Shown here in pieces: positions 20,017 through 28,369 of a DNA stretch of 64,000 nucleotides; within the stretch, counting starts at the first letter, position 1, and every line of letters begins with the position of its first letter. The notes beneath the pieces are model-generated. The model was not told the origin of the DNA. It did not search any database and was given only the letters and a program-made list of their open reading frames with translations. The position numbers and the translations under genes were made by a program. The DNA lies in NCBI GenBank assembly GCA_963737905.1, contig CAVTUQ010000025.1:160001-224000 (forward strand), written 5' to 3'. Source of the stretch: an uncultured delta proteobacterium (lineage in GTDB: Bacteria > Desulfobacterota > Binatia > UBA9968).

Positions 20017-20832
20017 TTAGTTGTTAATATTATGCACAACCTGATCCGCGACCATGGTCTTCTTCACTTCTTCCTCAATGAGGGTCCAGAGGTGATCCTC
20101 ATACTCGAGAAACTTTTTCTCTCGCTTGACCGCAAGGACTCGCGGGCGCTGGATATCGATCTTTATCGTTTCCTTCACCTTCCCAGGCCGCGCGCCGAAG
20201 ACGATGACGCGGTCTGCCAGGTAGATTGCTTCGTTAATTTGGTGGGTAATAAACAACACTGTTTTGCCTGCTTCGCGCCAGATACGCAGCAACTCTAACT
20301 GCATGATTTCGCGGGTTTGAGCGTCCAGAGCGGCGAATGGCTCATCCATGATCAGAATCTGCGGATCCACGGTCAGTGCCCGCGCTAGGTTACAGCGCTG
20401 CTGCATACCGCCAGATAGCTCGTGGGGGTAATGATCTTCGAACCCTTCGAGGCCCACCAGCTTAATAAACTTGCGCGCGCGCGAGTGCCCATCCCCGTTG
20501 TCTAATCCTTGGCACTCCAGCCCGAAGATCACGTTCTTGAAAACGGTCCGCCAAGGCATCAGACAGGAATCCTGAAAGACCATCCCCCGGTCTGTGCCGG
20601 GTCCGGTCACCGCTTTACCATCGATCGCTATTTGCCCCGCGGTAGGTTTGAGTAACCCGTCGCAGAGGTTGATAAAAGTGGTTTTGCCGCAACCGCTGGG
20701 ACCAACGATGGTGACGAATTCCCCGTCTTCAACTTGCAGGTTGATATTATCCAGGGCTAAGAGCCTGCCGCCAGTTCGTGGTTGATAGTACTCATGCCGT
20801 AATCCTGTCGCCTGTAACTTGGTCTGTGCCAC
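20017..20832 (-). CDS. ABC transporter ATP-binding protein (NitT/TauT type)
   Basis: GPSGCGKT, LSGGMQQR, MDEPFAALDAQTR. Confidence 0.92.
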   Translation of the reverse strand: MAQTKLQATGLRHEYYQPRTGGRLLALDNINLQVEDGEFVTIVGPSGCGKTTFINLCDGLLKPTAGQIAIDGKAVTGPGTDRGMVFQDSCLMPWRTVFKNVIFGLECQGLDNGDGHSRARKFIKLVGLEGFEDHYPHELSGGMQQRCNLARALTVDPQILIMDEPFAALDAQTREIMQLELLRIWREAGKTVLFITHQINEAIYLADRVIVFGARPGKVKETIKIDIQRPRVLAVKREKKFLEYEDHLWTLIEEEVKKTMVADQVVHNINN

Positions 20833-20966
20833 ATTGCCTCCTTAAGAATTGGTTTTGGGTTGCGTCATTTCACGCAAGACGGGCTGCTTCATCGATCGTC
20901 CGCTACTAGAGAACGCACTACGGATTATCATTTTCCTGTCTTTTTTCAAGCTCGCTTGAGGATTTA

Positions 20967-21028
20967 TTGACAACCAAGAATGGATCGGATAGGTTCGCGA
21001 CAAACTTTGCATAAACTTTTTCATGCAA
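20967..21028 (+). promoter_or_regulatory. sigma70-like promoter and candidate operator of gntR
   Basis: TTGACA-17-TAGGTT, then inverted repeat TTGCAT-N10-ATGCAA (21007-21028). Confidence 0.5.
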
Positions 21029-21038
21029 TTCGATGTTC

Positions 21039-21761
21039 ATGGCCTCCCTGTTAGAAAAATCTAAGCCTAGAGCGAAGCGAACCGAGAATCTCTCTGGACA
21101 AGTTTACAGTCAAATCAAAACCCTAATTCTTTGCAATGAAATTTTGCCGGGTCAAAAACTTCACCACCAAGAACTAAGTGAGCGCCTCGGTGTGAGTAGA
21201 ACTCCCGTGCGTGAAGCGTTGACCCGTTTGGTTCAGGAAGGCTACGTCTCCCTCCTGCCGAATCGGGGTTTTACCTGTAAAGAAATTAGATTGCAAGAGG
21301 CGGATGAGCTCTATCAACTGCGCGAAGCCTTGGAAGCCTTCGCCGTAGAAAAGGCGATAGAGAATCTGACCGAGGCGGCCTTCACCGAGCTGTCGGCGAA
21401 GATCAATCTTTACGGTAAAGATGTCCAAAAGCGATTTACTCGCGACCGGTTGGTCTACGATCAAGAAGTTCATCTCGAGATTGCCCGCCTTTCCGGCAAC
21501 GAGATGCTCACCAAGACGCTCGCGCAGGTTATCGAGCGGATCATTTTGAAGCGAAGAACAGACGGCCTCTATGATCCCGCCCGCGGCATCACGGCCCATC
21601 AGGAACACCTCAGGCTCTTGCAAGCCATGAAGAAGCGCAATACTCAAGACGCCGTGAAAATCGTTCGCGCGCATATTCGAGCGGGCAAAGAGAACGTTCT
21701 CTCCGATCTTAAGCAAAGACAGGAGATTCGTGAATTTCGTTACACCGGAACCGTGAGCTAG
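21039..21761 (+). CDS. GntR family regulator (FCD domain)
   Basis: LGVSRTPVREAL wHTH; FCD with EH...AH. Confidence 0.93.
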   Translation: MASLLEKSKPRAKRTENLSGQVYSQIKTLILCNEILPGQKLHHQELSERLGVSRTPVREALTRLVQEGYVSLLPNRGFTCKEIRLQEADELYQLREALEAFAVEKAIENLTEAAFTELSAKINLYGKDVQKRFTRDRLVYDQEVHLEIARLSGNEMLTKTLAQVIERIILKRRTDGLYDPARGITAHQEHLRLLQAMKKRNTQDAVKIVRAHIRAGKENVLSDLKQRQEIREFRYTGTVS

Positions 21762-21795
21762 TTGGAAAACACAAACAAGAGAGAAAGGAAAAAAA

Positions 21796-23166
21796 ATGGC
21801 AGCAGACCTGATTATTAAAAACGGCTGGGTGGTGACACCCACAGAAATCTTTCAGGGCGGCGTCGCGATCAGCAATGAAAAGATCGTGGCCATCGGTTCA
21901 AACGATCAATTGCCTCAGGGCAAAGAGGAAATCGACGCTAAAGGCAAGCACATTCTTCCGGGCATCATCGATGGGCACGTTCACTTCAGAGAGCCCGGTA
22001 TGACCCACAAAGAAGATTTCACAACGGGTTCCACCGCTGCGGTCTGCGGCGGCATTACCAGCGTCGTTGACATGCCCAATACCGTACCCCCGACCGCAGA
22101 TGCCGAGCAAGTAAAGGTCAAACAGCAACTGGGAGAGGCAAAATCGCTCGTCGATTTCGGCGTTACCGGCGTTGTTGTGCAGACCAACACGAAAGATATT
22201 TTGCCCATGGCCGCGGCCGGCGCCATCGGCTTCAAAATCTTCTTCGGAGAAACGATCGGCAATCTGCCCTTCCCCGACGACGGGATGTGCATGGAGGCGT
22301 TCGACTATATCGCTCAATCCAAATTGCCTTTAGGCATCCACGCCGAGAACCGCCAGATCATGGCCTATTGCACCAACAAGCTAAAGACTGAGGGTAAGAA
22401 TGAATCGCGCTATTGGGAAGCTTCCCGTCCCGATATTTGCGAAGCCGAGTCCGTCCACCACGCTCTATTCTTTGCCGAAACTTTCGGAACCAAGCTTCAC
22501 GTCTTCCATATGAGCTCCAAGCAGGCGGCTTACATGGTCCGCGATGCGAAGGCACGCGGACTAAGAGTCACCGCGGAAACCGGACCGCACTATCTCCTGC
22601 GCGAGCCCAACGATATGGATCAAGTCGGCTCTTTGTTAAAAATGAACCCACCGGTTCGCACCAAGGATCACGCGGAGGTGCTGTGGCAAGGTCTCCGCGA
22701 GGGTTTCGTCGATACGCTGGCCACCGATCACTCTCCGCACACGCTGGATGAAAAAGGTTCGGATATCTACGGCAAACTGACGAAGCCGGCAATCTGGGAC
22801 TGCATCTCCGGTTTTTGCGGGGTGGAGACCGGGGTTCCGCTGATTCTGACCGAAGTTAATAAAGGTAGATTAACGCTGAATCAATACGTCAAAGTCGCCT
22901 GTGAAAATCCGGCGAAGGTTTGGCAGTTCTATCCGAAAAAGGGCGCGATTCGCCTGGGATCCGACGGCGATATCACGATCATCGACATGGACAAAGAAGG
23001 AACCATCGACGTCAACAAACTCCATAGCAAGAACAAACCTTCCCCGTGGCATGGTTGGAAGGTCAAAGGGATGCCGGTTTGCACCGTCGTGCGCGGCCAT
23101 GTGCAGATGCGCGACGGTGAGCCTTGCGGCAAACCTATAGGTCGAATGGTGAAACCGCTCCTGTAG
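21796..23166 (+). CDS. cyclic amidohydrolase (allantoinase/dihydroorotase family)
   Basis: DGHVHFREPG, DMPNT, HAE, KMNPP, TDHSPH. Confidence 0.88.
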   Translation: MAADLIIKNGWVVTPTEIFQGGVAISNEKIVAIGSNDQLPQGKEEIDAKGKHILPGIIDGHVHFREPGMTHKEDFTTGSTAAVCGGITSVVDMPNTVPPTADAEQVKVKQQLGEAKSLVDFGVTGVVVQTNTKDILPMAAAGAIGFKIFFGETIGNLPFPDDGMCMEAFDYIAQSKLPLGIHAENRQIMAYCTNKLKTEGKNESRYWEASRPDICEAESVHHALFFAETFGTKLHVFHMSSKQAAYMVRDAKARGLRVTAETGPHYLLREPNDMDQVGSLLKMNPPVRTKDHAEVLWQGLREGFVDTLATDHSPHTLDEKGSDIYGKLTKPAIWDCISGFCGVETGVPLILTEVNKGRLTLNQYVKVACENPAKVWQFYPKKGAIRLGSDGDITIIDMDKEGTIDVNKLHSKNKPSPWHGWKVKGMPVCTVVRGHVQMRDGEPCGKPIGRMVKPLL

Positions 23167-23196
23167 TGGTAAGTTGAGTCGCATGTACTTAGATTC

Positions 23197-24111
23197 ATGA
23201 AGCGTCCCGAACCATTAGAGATGTATCAACCGAGCTCGCTGCTGGAAGCGAGTCGCCTGTTGAGGGACAAAGGTGCGGGCGGCCGGTTTCTTGCCGGCGG
23301 CACCGATCTGGTGATCGCCATCAAGGAAAAAGGGTTGGTCCCGAAGTACCTGGTGGACCTCAAAAAGGTCCCGGGTCTTTCAGGAATTCAGGAAAATGGC
23401 GACGGGAGTATCACCATCGGCGCGCTGACAACGATGCGCGAGATCGAGACGGATCCCCTTCTCAACAATAAATATCCGTTTCTCTGCCAGAGCGCAGCCG
23501 AGGTGGGTTCTATTCAAATCAGAAACCGGGCAACCGTCGGTGGAAACATGGCCAACGCCACACCGTCGGCCGATGTAGCGCCGAGTCTGATTGCGCTCAA
23601 CGCAACGGCAAAAATTGTGAGCGGCGCGGACGCGAGAATCGTGCCGCTCGAAGAGTTTTTTCGCGGTCCCGGTCAATCCGTCATGAACACCGATGAGATA
23701 TTAGCGGAGATCACCATCCCGAAAACGAGCCCGCAACTCGTCGGTGAGTATATCAAATTCTCCCCCCGCGACATGATGGATCTGGCTTACGTCGGGGTTG
23801 CCGTTGCTTATACTATCGACTCTCACAAGCGCTGCAGGGGTGTCGGGATCGTTCTCGGAGCCGTCGCACCGACGCCGTTTCGCGCGCGCAATGCCGAAGC
23901 ATTGCTCGAAAGCCAGCCTCTCACTGAAGAATTGGCCGCGAAAGTAGGCGCTGAGGCGGCCCAGGAAAGTAGACCGATCAGTGATGTCCGGTCGTCTGCC
24001 GACTATCGTCGCGCGATGGTTGGAGCGATGACCAAGCGCGCTCTGCTGAACGCCGCGGTGCCGCGTACGGGAAAAGTCTCCTGGTGTGACAGACGAGACA
24101 GGAGATATTGA
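23197..24111 (+). CDS. XDH family FAD-binding (medium) subunit
   Basis: AGGTDL, QIRNRATVGGN, SPRD, ISDVRSSADYR. Confidence 0.92.
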   Translation: MKRPEPLEMYQPSSLLEASRLLRDKGAGGRFLAGGTDLVIAIKEKGLVPKYLVDLKKVPGLSGIQENGDGSITIGALTTMREIETDPLLNNKYPFLCQSAAEVGSIQIRNRATVGGNMANATPSADVAPSLIALNATAKIVSGADARIVPLEEFFRGPGQSVMNTDEILAEITIPKTSPQLVGEYIKFSPRDMMDLAYVGVAVAYTIDSHKRCRGVGIVLGAVAPTPFRARNAEALLESQPLTEELAAKVGAEAAQESRPISDVRSSADYRRAMVGAMTKRALLNAAVPRTGKVSWCDRRDRRY

Positions 24112-24178
24112 GTGGAGGAGTGGAGTGATGGAGTATGGGTATGGCACTCCGACCATTACTCCGACACCAACACTCCAA
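24110..24178. repeat. REP-like imperfect palindrome (TGGAGT repeats / ACTCC repeats)
   Basis: gagtggaggagtggagtgatggagtatgg...cactccgaccattactccgacaccaacactcca. Confidence 0.55.
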
Positions 24179-24197
24179 CTTTTTATCTGAGGTAGTC

Positions 24198-24677
24198 ATG
24201 AAGACCAAGATCCAAATTACTCTGAATGGACAGAGCATGACCCTTGAAACGCCCAATCATCGTCTCTTGCTGGATTTGCTGCGCGACGAGATCGGCCTCA
24301 CCGGAACTAAAGAGGGTTGCGGTACCGGCGATTGCGGCGCCTGTACCGTTTACTTGAACGGCAAACCGGTGAACTCCTGCCTGGTGCTATCCGGCGAACT
24401 GAACGGCGCCGATATCGTTACCATCGAGGGACTCAAGATCGGCCCGGAGCTGCATCCGATCCAAAAGGCTTTCATCCAAGACGGCGGCGCCCAGTGCGGC
24501 TACTGCACGCCGGGTATGCTGATGATGTCAAAAGCGTTGCTGGATGAGAATCCGAATCCGACGGAAGAAGAAATCCGTTACGCGCTTTCAGGTAACCTCT
24601 GTCGTTGCACCGGCTATGCGAAAATCGTCCAGGCGGTGCAAGACGCCGCCGCCGAGATTCGCGCCAAACGCGCGTAA
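24198..24677 (+). CDS. XDH family 2x[2Fe-2S] (small) subunit
   Basis: GCGTGDCGAC, QCGYCTPG, GNLCRCTGY. Confidence 0.94.
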   Translation: MKTKIQITLNGQSMTLETPNHRLLLDLLRDEIGLTGTKEGCGTGDCGACTVYLNGKPVNSCLVLSGELNGADIVTIEGLKIGPELHPIQKAFIQDGGAQCGYCTPGMLMMSKALLDENPNPTEEEIRYALSGNLCRCTGYAKIVQAVQDAAAEIRAKRA

Positions 24678-24687
24678 TCCGGACAAC

Positions 24688-24723
24688 GGCTTGAACGTTT
24701 TGAACTACTTGAACGACTTGAAC
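24688..24723. repeat. 9-bp tandem micro-repeat (NNNTTGAAC x4)
   Basis: ggcttgaac gttttgaac tacttgaac gacttgaac. Confidence 0.7.
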
Positions 24724-24741
24724 ACGTTTTAGGAGAAAAGG

Positions 24742-27057
24742 ATGGCGGAACTTACGGTCATCGGCAAACCTGTGACTCGTGTCGATGTTAACGAGAAGGT
24801 GACGGGCGAAGCGATCTACGGCTACGATCTCGTCCTGCCCAACATGCTCTATGGCAAGACGCTGTTCAGCCCCAAAGCCCACGCCAAAATCAAGAGAATC
24901 AACACGGAGAAAGCCAAGAAATTGCCCGGCGTCGTGACGGTGGTGACCGGCGAGGATGCGCCGTGGAGTCACGGCGAGTCCATCAAGGACAAGCCATTCT
25001 TGGCCCAAGGCAAGGTTCGCTACATCGGCGAGCCGGTCGCCGCTGTCGCCGCGGAAGATGAAGACATCGCCCAGGCCGCGGTGAAGTTAATTGAAGTCGA
25101 GTATGAAGAGCTGCCGGTTTATACCGAGCCTGAAGAAGCTTGCAAACCTGGCTGCGTAGCGATTCACGAGGATTTCGCCAAATATCGCAAAGTCGATTTC
25201 ATCGTCGGCTCTCATCTGCCGAACGTCGCCGAACATTTCAAATTGCGAACCGGCGATGTTGAGATTGGATTCAAGCAATCTGACCTAGTCGTCGAAGAGA
25301 GGTATTTCGTTCCCATTATTCAACACGCCGCGATGGAGCCCCATTCTGCCCACGCGCAATTCGATAAGGAAAGCGGCCGGCTGACCATCTGGGTCGCCAA
25401 TGACGCTCCGTTCCGCGCGCTTCATGAGATCACGGAAGCGCTCAACATGCCCAAAGAGAAGATCCGCTTCATCAACCCGCTCCAGGGAGGCGGATTCGGG
25501 TCCAAAGGCGGCCTCAAAGTCGAACCCATCGCAGTGGCACTTGCTTTCCACACCAACGGCCGTCCCGTGCGCGTGAAGTTCAACCGCGAAGAGACCTTCA
25601 TCTCGACCTTGACGCGTCACGAGGCGGTGGTTTATTGCAAGAGCGGCGTGAAGCAAGACGGCACCCTTATGGCGCGCGAGATGACGATCTACTGGGGCGC
25701 CGGCGCCTACGCAGAGAAGAGCCCGACGGTGTGCATACGCGGCAGTCTGCCTGCCCCCGGCCCCTATCGCATCCCTCACGTTAAAGTTGACGGCTACGCC
25801 GTGTACACCAACAAACCGGTCGCTGGCTCGTATCGCGGTTATGGCATTCCTCAAGGCGCCTGGGCTTGCGAGCAGCAGATGGACGAAATCGCCAAGCGCT
25901 TAGGCATGGATCCCGTCAAGATTCGCCTGAAGAACATCTTCGTCGAAGGCGACGTCTCGTACTGGGGCGAGCGACTTCATGCGGTGGGCCTCAAAGAAAC
26001 CCTCATCAAAGCCACCGGGGCCATTGACTGGGGGGAGGCAACGGAGCCGCCGAAGCCCGGTATAAAGATCGGCAAGGGCTTCGCCTGCATACAAAAGCCG
26101 ACCCGCTCGCCGACGACTTCCAACGCGGGAGTGCTGGTGAACGCAAAAGGCGAGGTAACGGTGCTTGCGGGCACCGTAGAGATCGGCCAGGGTTGCAGCA
26201 CGATCCTATCGCAAGTCGCCGCCGAAGAACTCAAAGTTCCCATGGAGAAAGTGTTCATGCACTCACTGGATACCGACATCATTCCGTACGACGCCTCCAC
26301 AACGTCGAGCCGGAGTACTTATCACATGGGCAACGCGGTCCGGCGAGCCGCGATTCATGCGCGCGAGCAGATCATCGAGGCGGCCGGCCCTATGCTCGAA
26401 GCCAACGTCCGGGATCTCGACTGTGTCGACGGCAAAGTTTTTCTCAAAGACCAGCCACAGATGGCGTTGCCCATTGGCGAGGTCGTCAAGCGCAAGCTCG
26501 GCATCAATGGAATTGTGCGCGGCGACGGTTCCTATACCTACGAAATCGGCAAAGACCTCGACCTGGAAACCGGCCACAGCGATCACGCCTCCGCCTTCTA
26601 CATGTATGCGACCCAGGCTGCGGAAGTAGCCGTCGATGAGGAAAGCGGCAGGGTCCGTTTGTTGCGCATGTCGGCCGCCCACGACGTGGGCAAGGCGATC
26701 AACCCGCTCAATTGCGTCGCGCAGATCGAAGGCGGGGTGGCCATGGGTATCGGCTCCGCGCTGCACGAAGAAATGGTCGTCGACAAAACCGGCAAGGTGC
26801 GAAATCCGTCTTTTCTTGACTATCACCTCGTTACATCCTTGGATGTGCCGAAGATGATTCCCATCATCGTCGAGTGTCCAGAGCCCGAAGGTCCGTACGG
26901 CGCTAAAGGATTAGGCGAGCCTGGCTTGGCGCCCACCCCGGCGGCGATAGGCAATGCAGTCGCCGACGCGCTAGGGGTCAGGGTCTACGATTTGCCGCTC
27001 AAGCCGGAAAATGTCTACTGGGCCATCCAGAACAAGAAGAAAAAAGACGCCGCCTAA
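24742..27057 (+). CDS. XDH family molybdopterin-binding (large) subunit
   Basis: GGGFGSK, SYRGYGIPQ, EIGQG, AKGLGE. Confidence 0.93.
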   Translation: MAELTVIGKPVTRVDVNEKVTGEAIYGYDLVLPNMLYGKTLFSPKAHAKIKRINTEKAKKLPGVVTVVTGEDAPWSHGESIKDKPFLAQGKVRYIGEPVAAVAAEDEDIAQAAVKLIEVEYEELPVYTEPEEACKPGCVAIHEDFAKYRKVDFIVGSHLPNVAEHFKLRTGDVEIGFKQSDLVVEERYFVPIIQHAAMEPHSAHAQFDKESGRLTIWVANDAPFRALHEITEALNMPKEKIRFINPLQGGGFGSKGGLKVEPIAVALAFHTNGRPVRVKFNREETFISTLTRHEAVVYCKSGVKQDGTLMAREMTIYWGAGAYAEKSPTVCIRGSLPAPGPYRIPHVKVDGYAVYTNKPVAGSYRGYGIPQGAWACEQQMDEIAKRLGMDPVKIRLKNIFVEGDVSYWGERLHAVGLKETLIKATGAIDWGEATEPPKPGIKIGKGFACIQKPTRSPTTSNAGVLVNAKGEVTVLAGTVEIGQGCSTILSQVAAEELKVPMEKVFMHSLDTDIIPYDASTTSSRSTYHMGNAVRRAAIHAREQIIEAAGPMLEANVRDLDCVDGKVFLKDQPQMALPIGEVVKRKLGINGIVRGDGSYTYEIGKDLDLETGHSDHASAFYMYATQAAEVAVDEESGRVRLLRMSAAHDVGKAINPLNCVAQIEGGVAMGIGSALHEEMVVDKTGKVRNPSFLDYHLVTSLDVPKMIPIIVECPEPEGPYGAKGLGEPGLAPTPAAIGNAVADALGVRVYDLPLKPENVYWAIQNKKKKDAA

Positions 27058-27157
27058 TAGCTACATTCGAATATCTCGCCGTTTTCGTTTAAAATTCAAG
27101 ATACTGAAAAGAGACGTGGGCGTCGGTCAGTAAAACTACGTCTGGCGGAGGTCACCG

Positions 27158-28354
27158 GTGACTAAGCGTTATCAAAGGTTCTATCTCAACCTGGCTGTGG
27201 CTATCGCCATTGCGGCTTTTGCCACATCGAGCCCCCTTGCGCTGGCAGCCGAACAAGCGGGTAGCTCGGCGTCACGAACCGTCCAACCTCTCCCCGGTAT
27301 GCCTCCAGTGGTGGACCCCAACAATCTCTACAGCGAAATCCGGTCAGATAAGCTCAGCTCTATTGTCGCGAAACACCTCCCGCGTGTCTACGTGCCTAAT
27401 CGTAGCTCCAATGACGTTTGGGTGATCGACCCGGCTACATTCAAAGTCATCGACAAATTCCGTGTGGGCGTTCATCCCCAGCATGTGGTGCCTTCATGGG
27501 ATCTAAGAACACTTTGGGTCAATAACAACGCGGAAGGGCGCAACGACGGCAGTGTGACACCGATTGATCCATTGACCGGTAAGCCGGGTAAATCTATTAC
27601 CGTCGACGATCCCTACAACATGTACTTTACCCCCGACGGCAACGCGGCCATCATCGTGGCCGAAGCGCGCAAGCGGCTCGATTTCCGCGACCCGCATACG
27701 ATGGCGATGAAGTATACCGTCGATACTCCGAATTGCTCCGGCATCAATCACGCCGATTTTTCCATCGATGGGCGCTATGCCATTTTCACCTGCGAGTACG
27801 GGGGAAGTGTCGCCAAGATTGACATGGTCGAGAAGAAAGTAGTCGGCTATTTGAAACTCTCAAAAGGCGGCATGCCCCAGGATGTTCGCATCTCACCCGA
27901 CGGCAAAGTTTTCTACGTAGCCGACATGAAAGCCGAAGGGGTATTCGTGGTCGACGGTGACAAATTCGTGGAGATCGGCCACATCAAAACCGGTCCCGGT
28001 GCCCACGGACTCTACCCGAGCCGGGATGGCACGCATCTCTATGTGGCCAACCGAGGGGTCGCTCGCGTGTATGGGCCGCCCAAGGGCAAAGGAAGCGTTT
28101 CCGTCATCGACTTCGCAACCCGCAAGGTCGTCACCAACTGGCCCATCCCCGGTGGCGGCAGTCCGGATATGGGCAATATCAGTGTCGATGGAAAACTGCT
28201 TTGGCTATCGGGTCGCTACGACGACGCGGTTTACGTCATTGATACGACCACAGGAGGAGTGAAAAGCATCCCGGTAAAGAAAGAGCCCCACGGCCTTACG
28301 GTTTGGCCACAACCCGGCCGGTATTCGCTCGGTCATACCGGCAATTTGCGCTAA
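27158..28354 (+). CDS. exported YVTN/YncE beta-propeller protein
   Basis: Signal peptide; repeated YVxN / PQH / PHG blades. Confidence 0.82.
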   Translation: MTKRYQRFYLNLAVAIAIAAFATSSPLALAAEQAGSSASRTVQPLPGMPPVVDPNNLYSEIRSDKLSSIVAKHLPRVYVPNRSSNDVWVIDPATFKVIDKFRVGVHPQHVVPSWDLRTLWVNNNAEGRNDGSVTPIDPLTGKPGKSITVDDPYNMYFTPDGNAAIIVAEARKRLDFRDPHTMAMKYTVDTPNCSGINHADFSIDGRYAIFTCEYGGSVAKIDMVEKKVVGYLKLSKGGMPQDVRISPDGKVFYVADMKAEGVFVVDGDKFVEIGHIKTGPGAHGLYPSRDGTHLYVANRGVARVYGPPKGKGSVSVIDFATRKVVTNWPIPGGGSPDMGNISVDGKLLWLSGRYDDAVYVIDTTTGGVKSIPVKKEPHGLTVWPQPGRYSLGHTGNLR

Positions 28355-28369
28355 GCTTTAGGGGTTTCA

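Noticed and set aside
24688-24723. CRISPR array
   Set aside because: The unit is 9 bp with no spacers, and there are no cas genes
23197-27057. Aerobic CO dehydrogenase coxMSL
   Set aside because: The active-site loop is SYRGYG, not AYxCSFR (form I) or AYRGAGR (form II)
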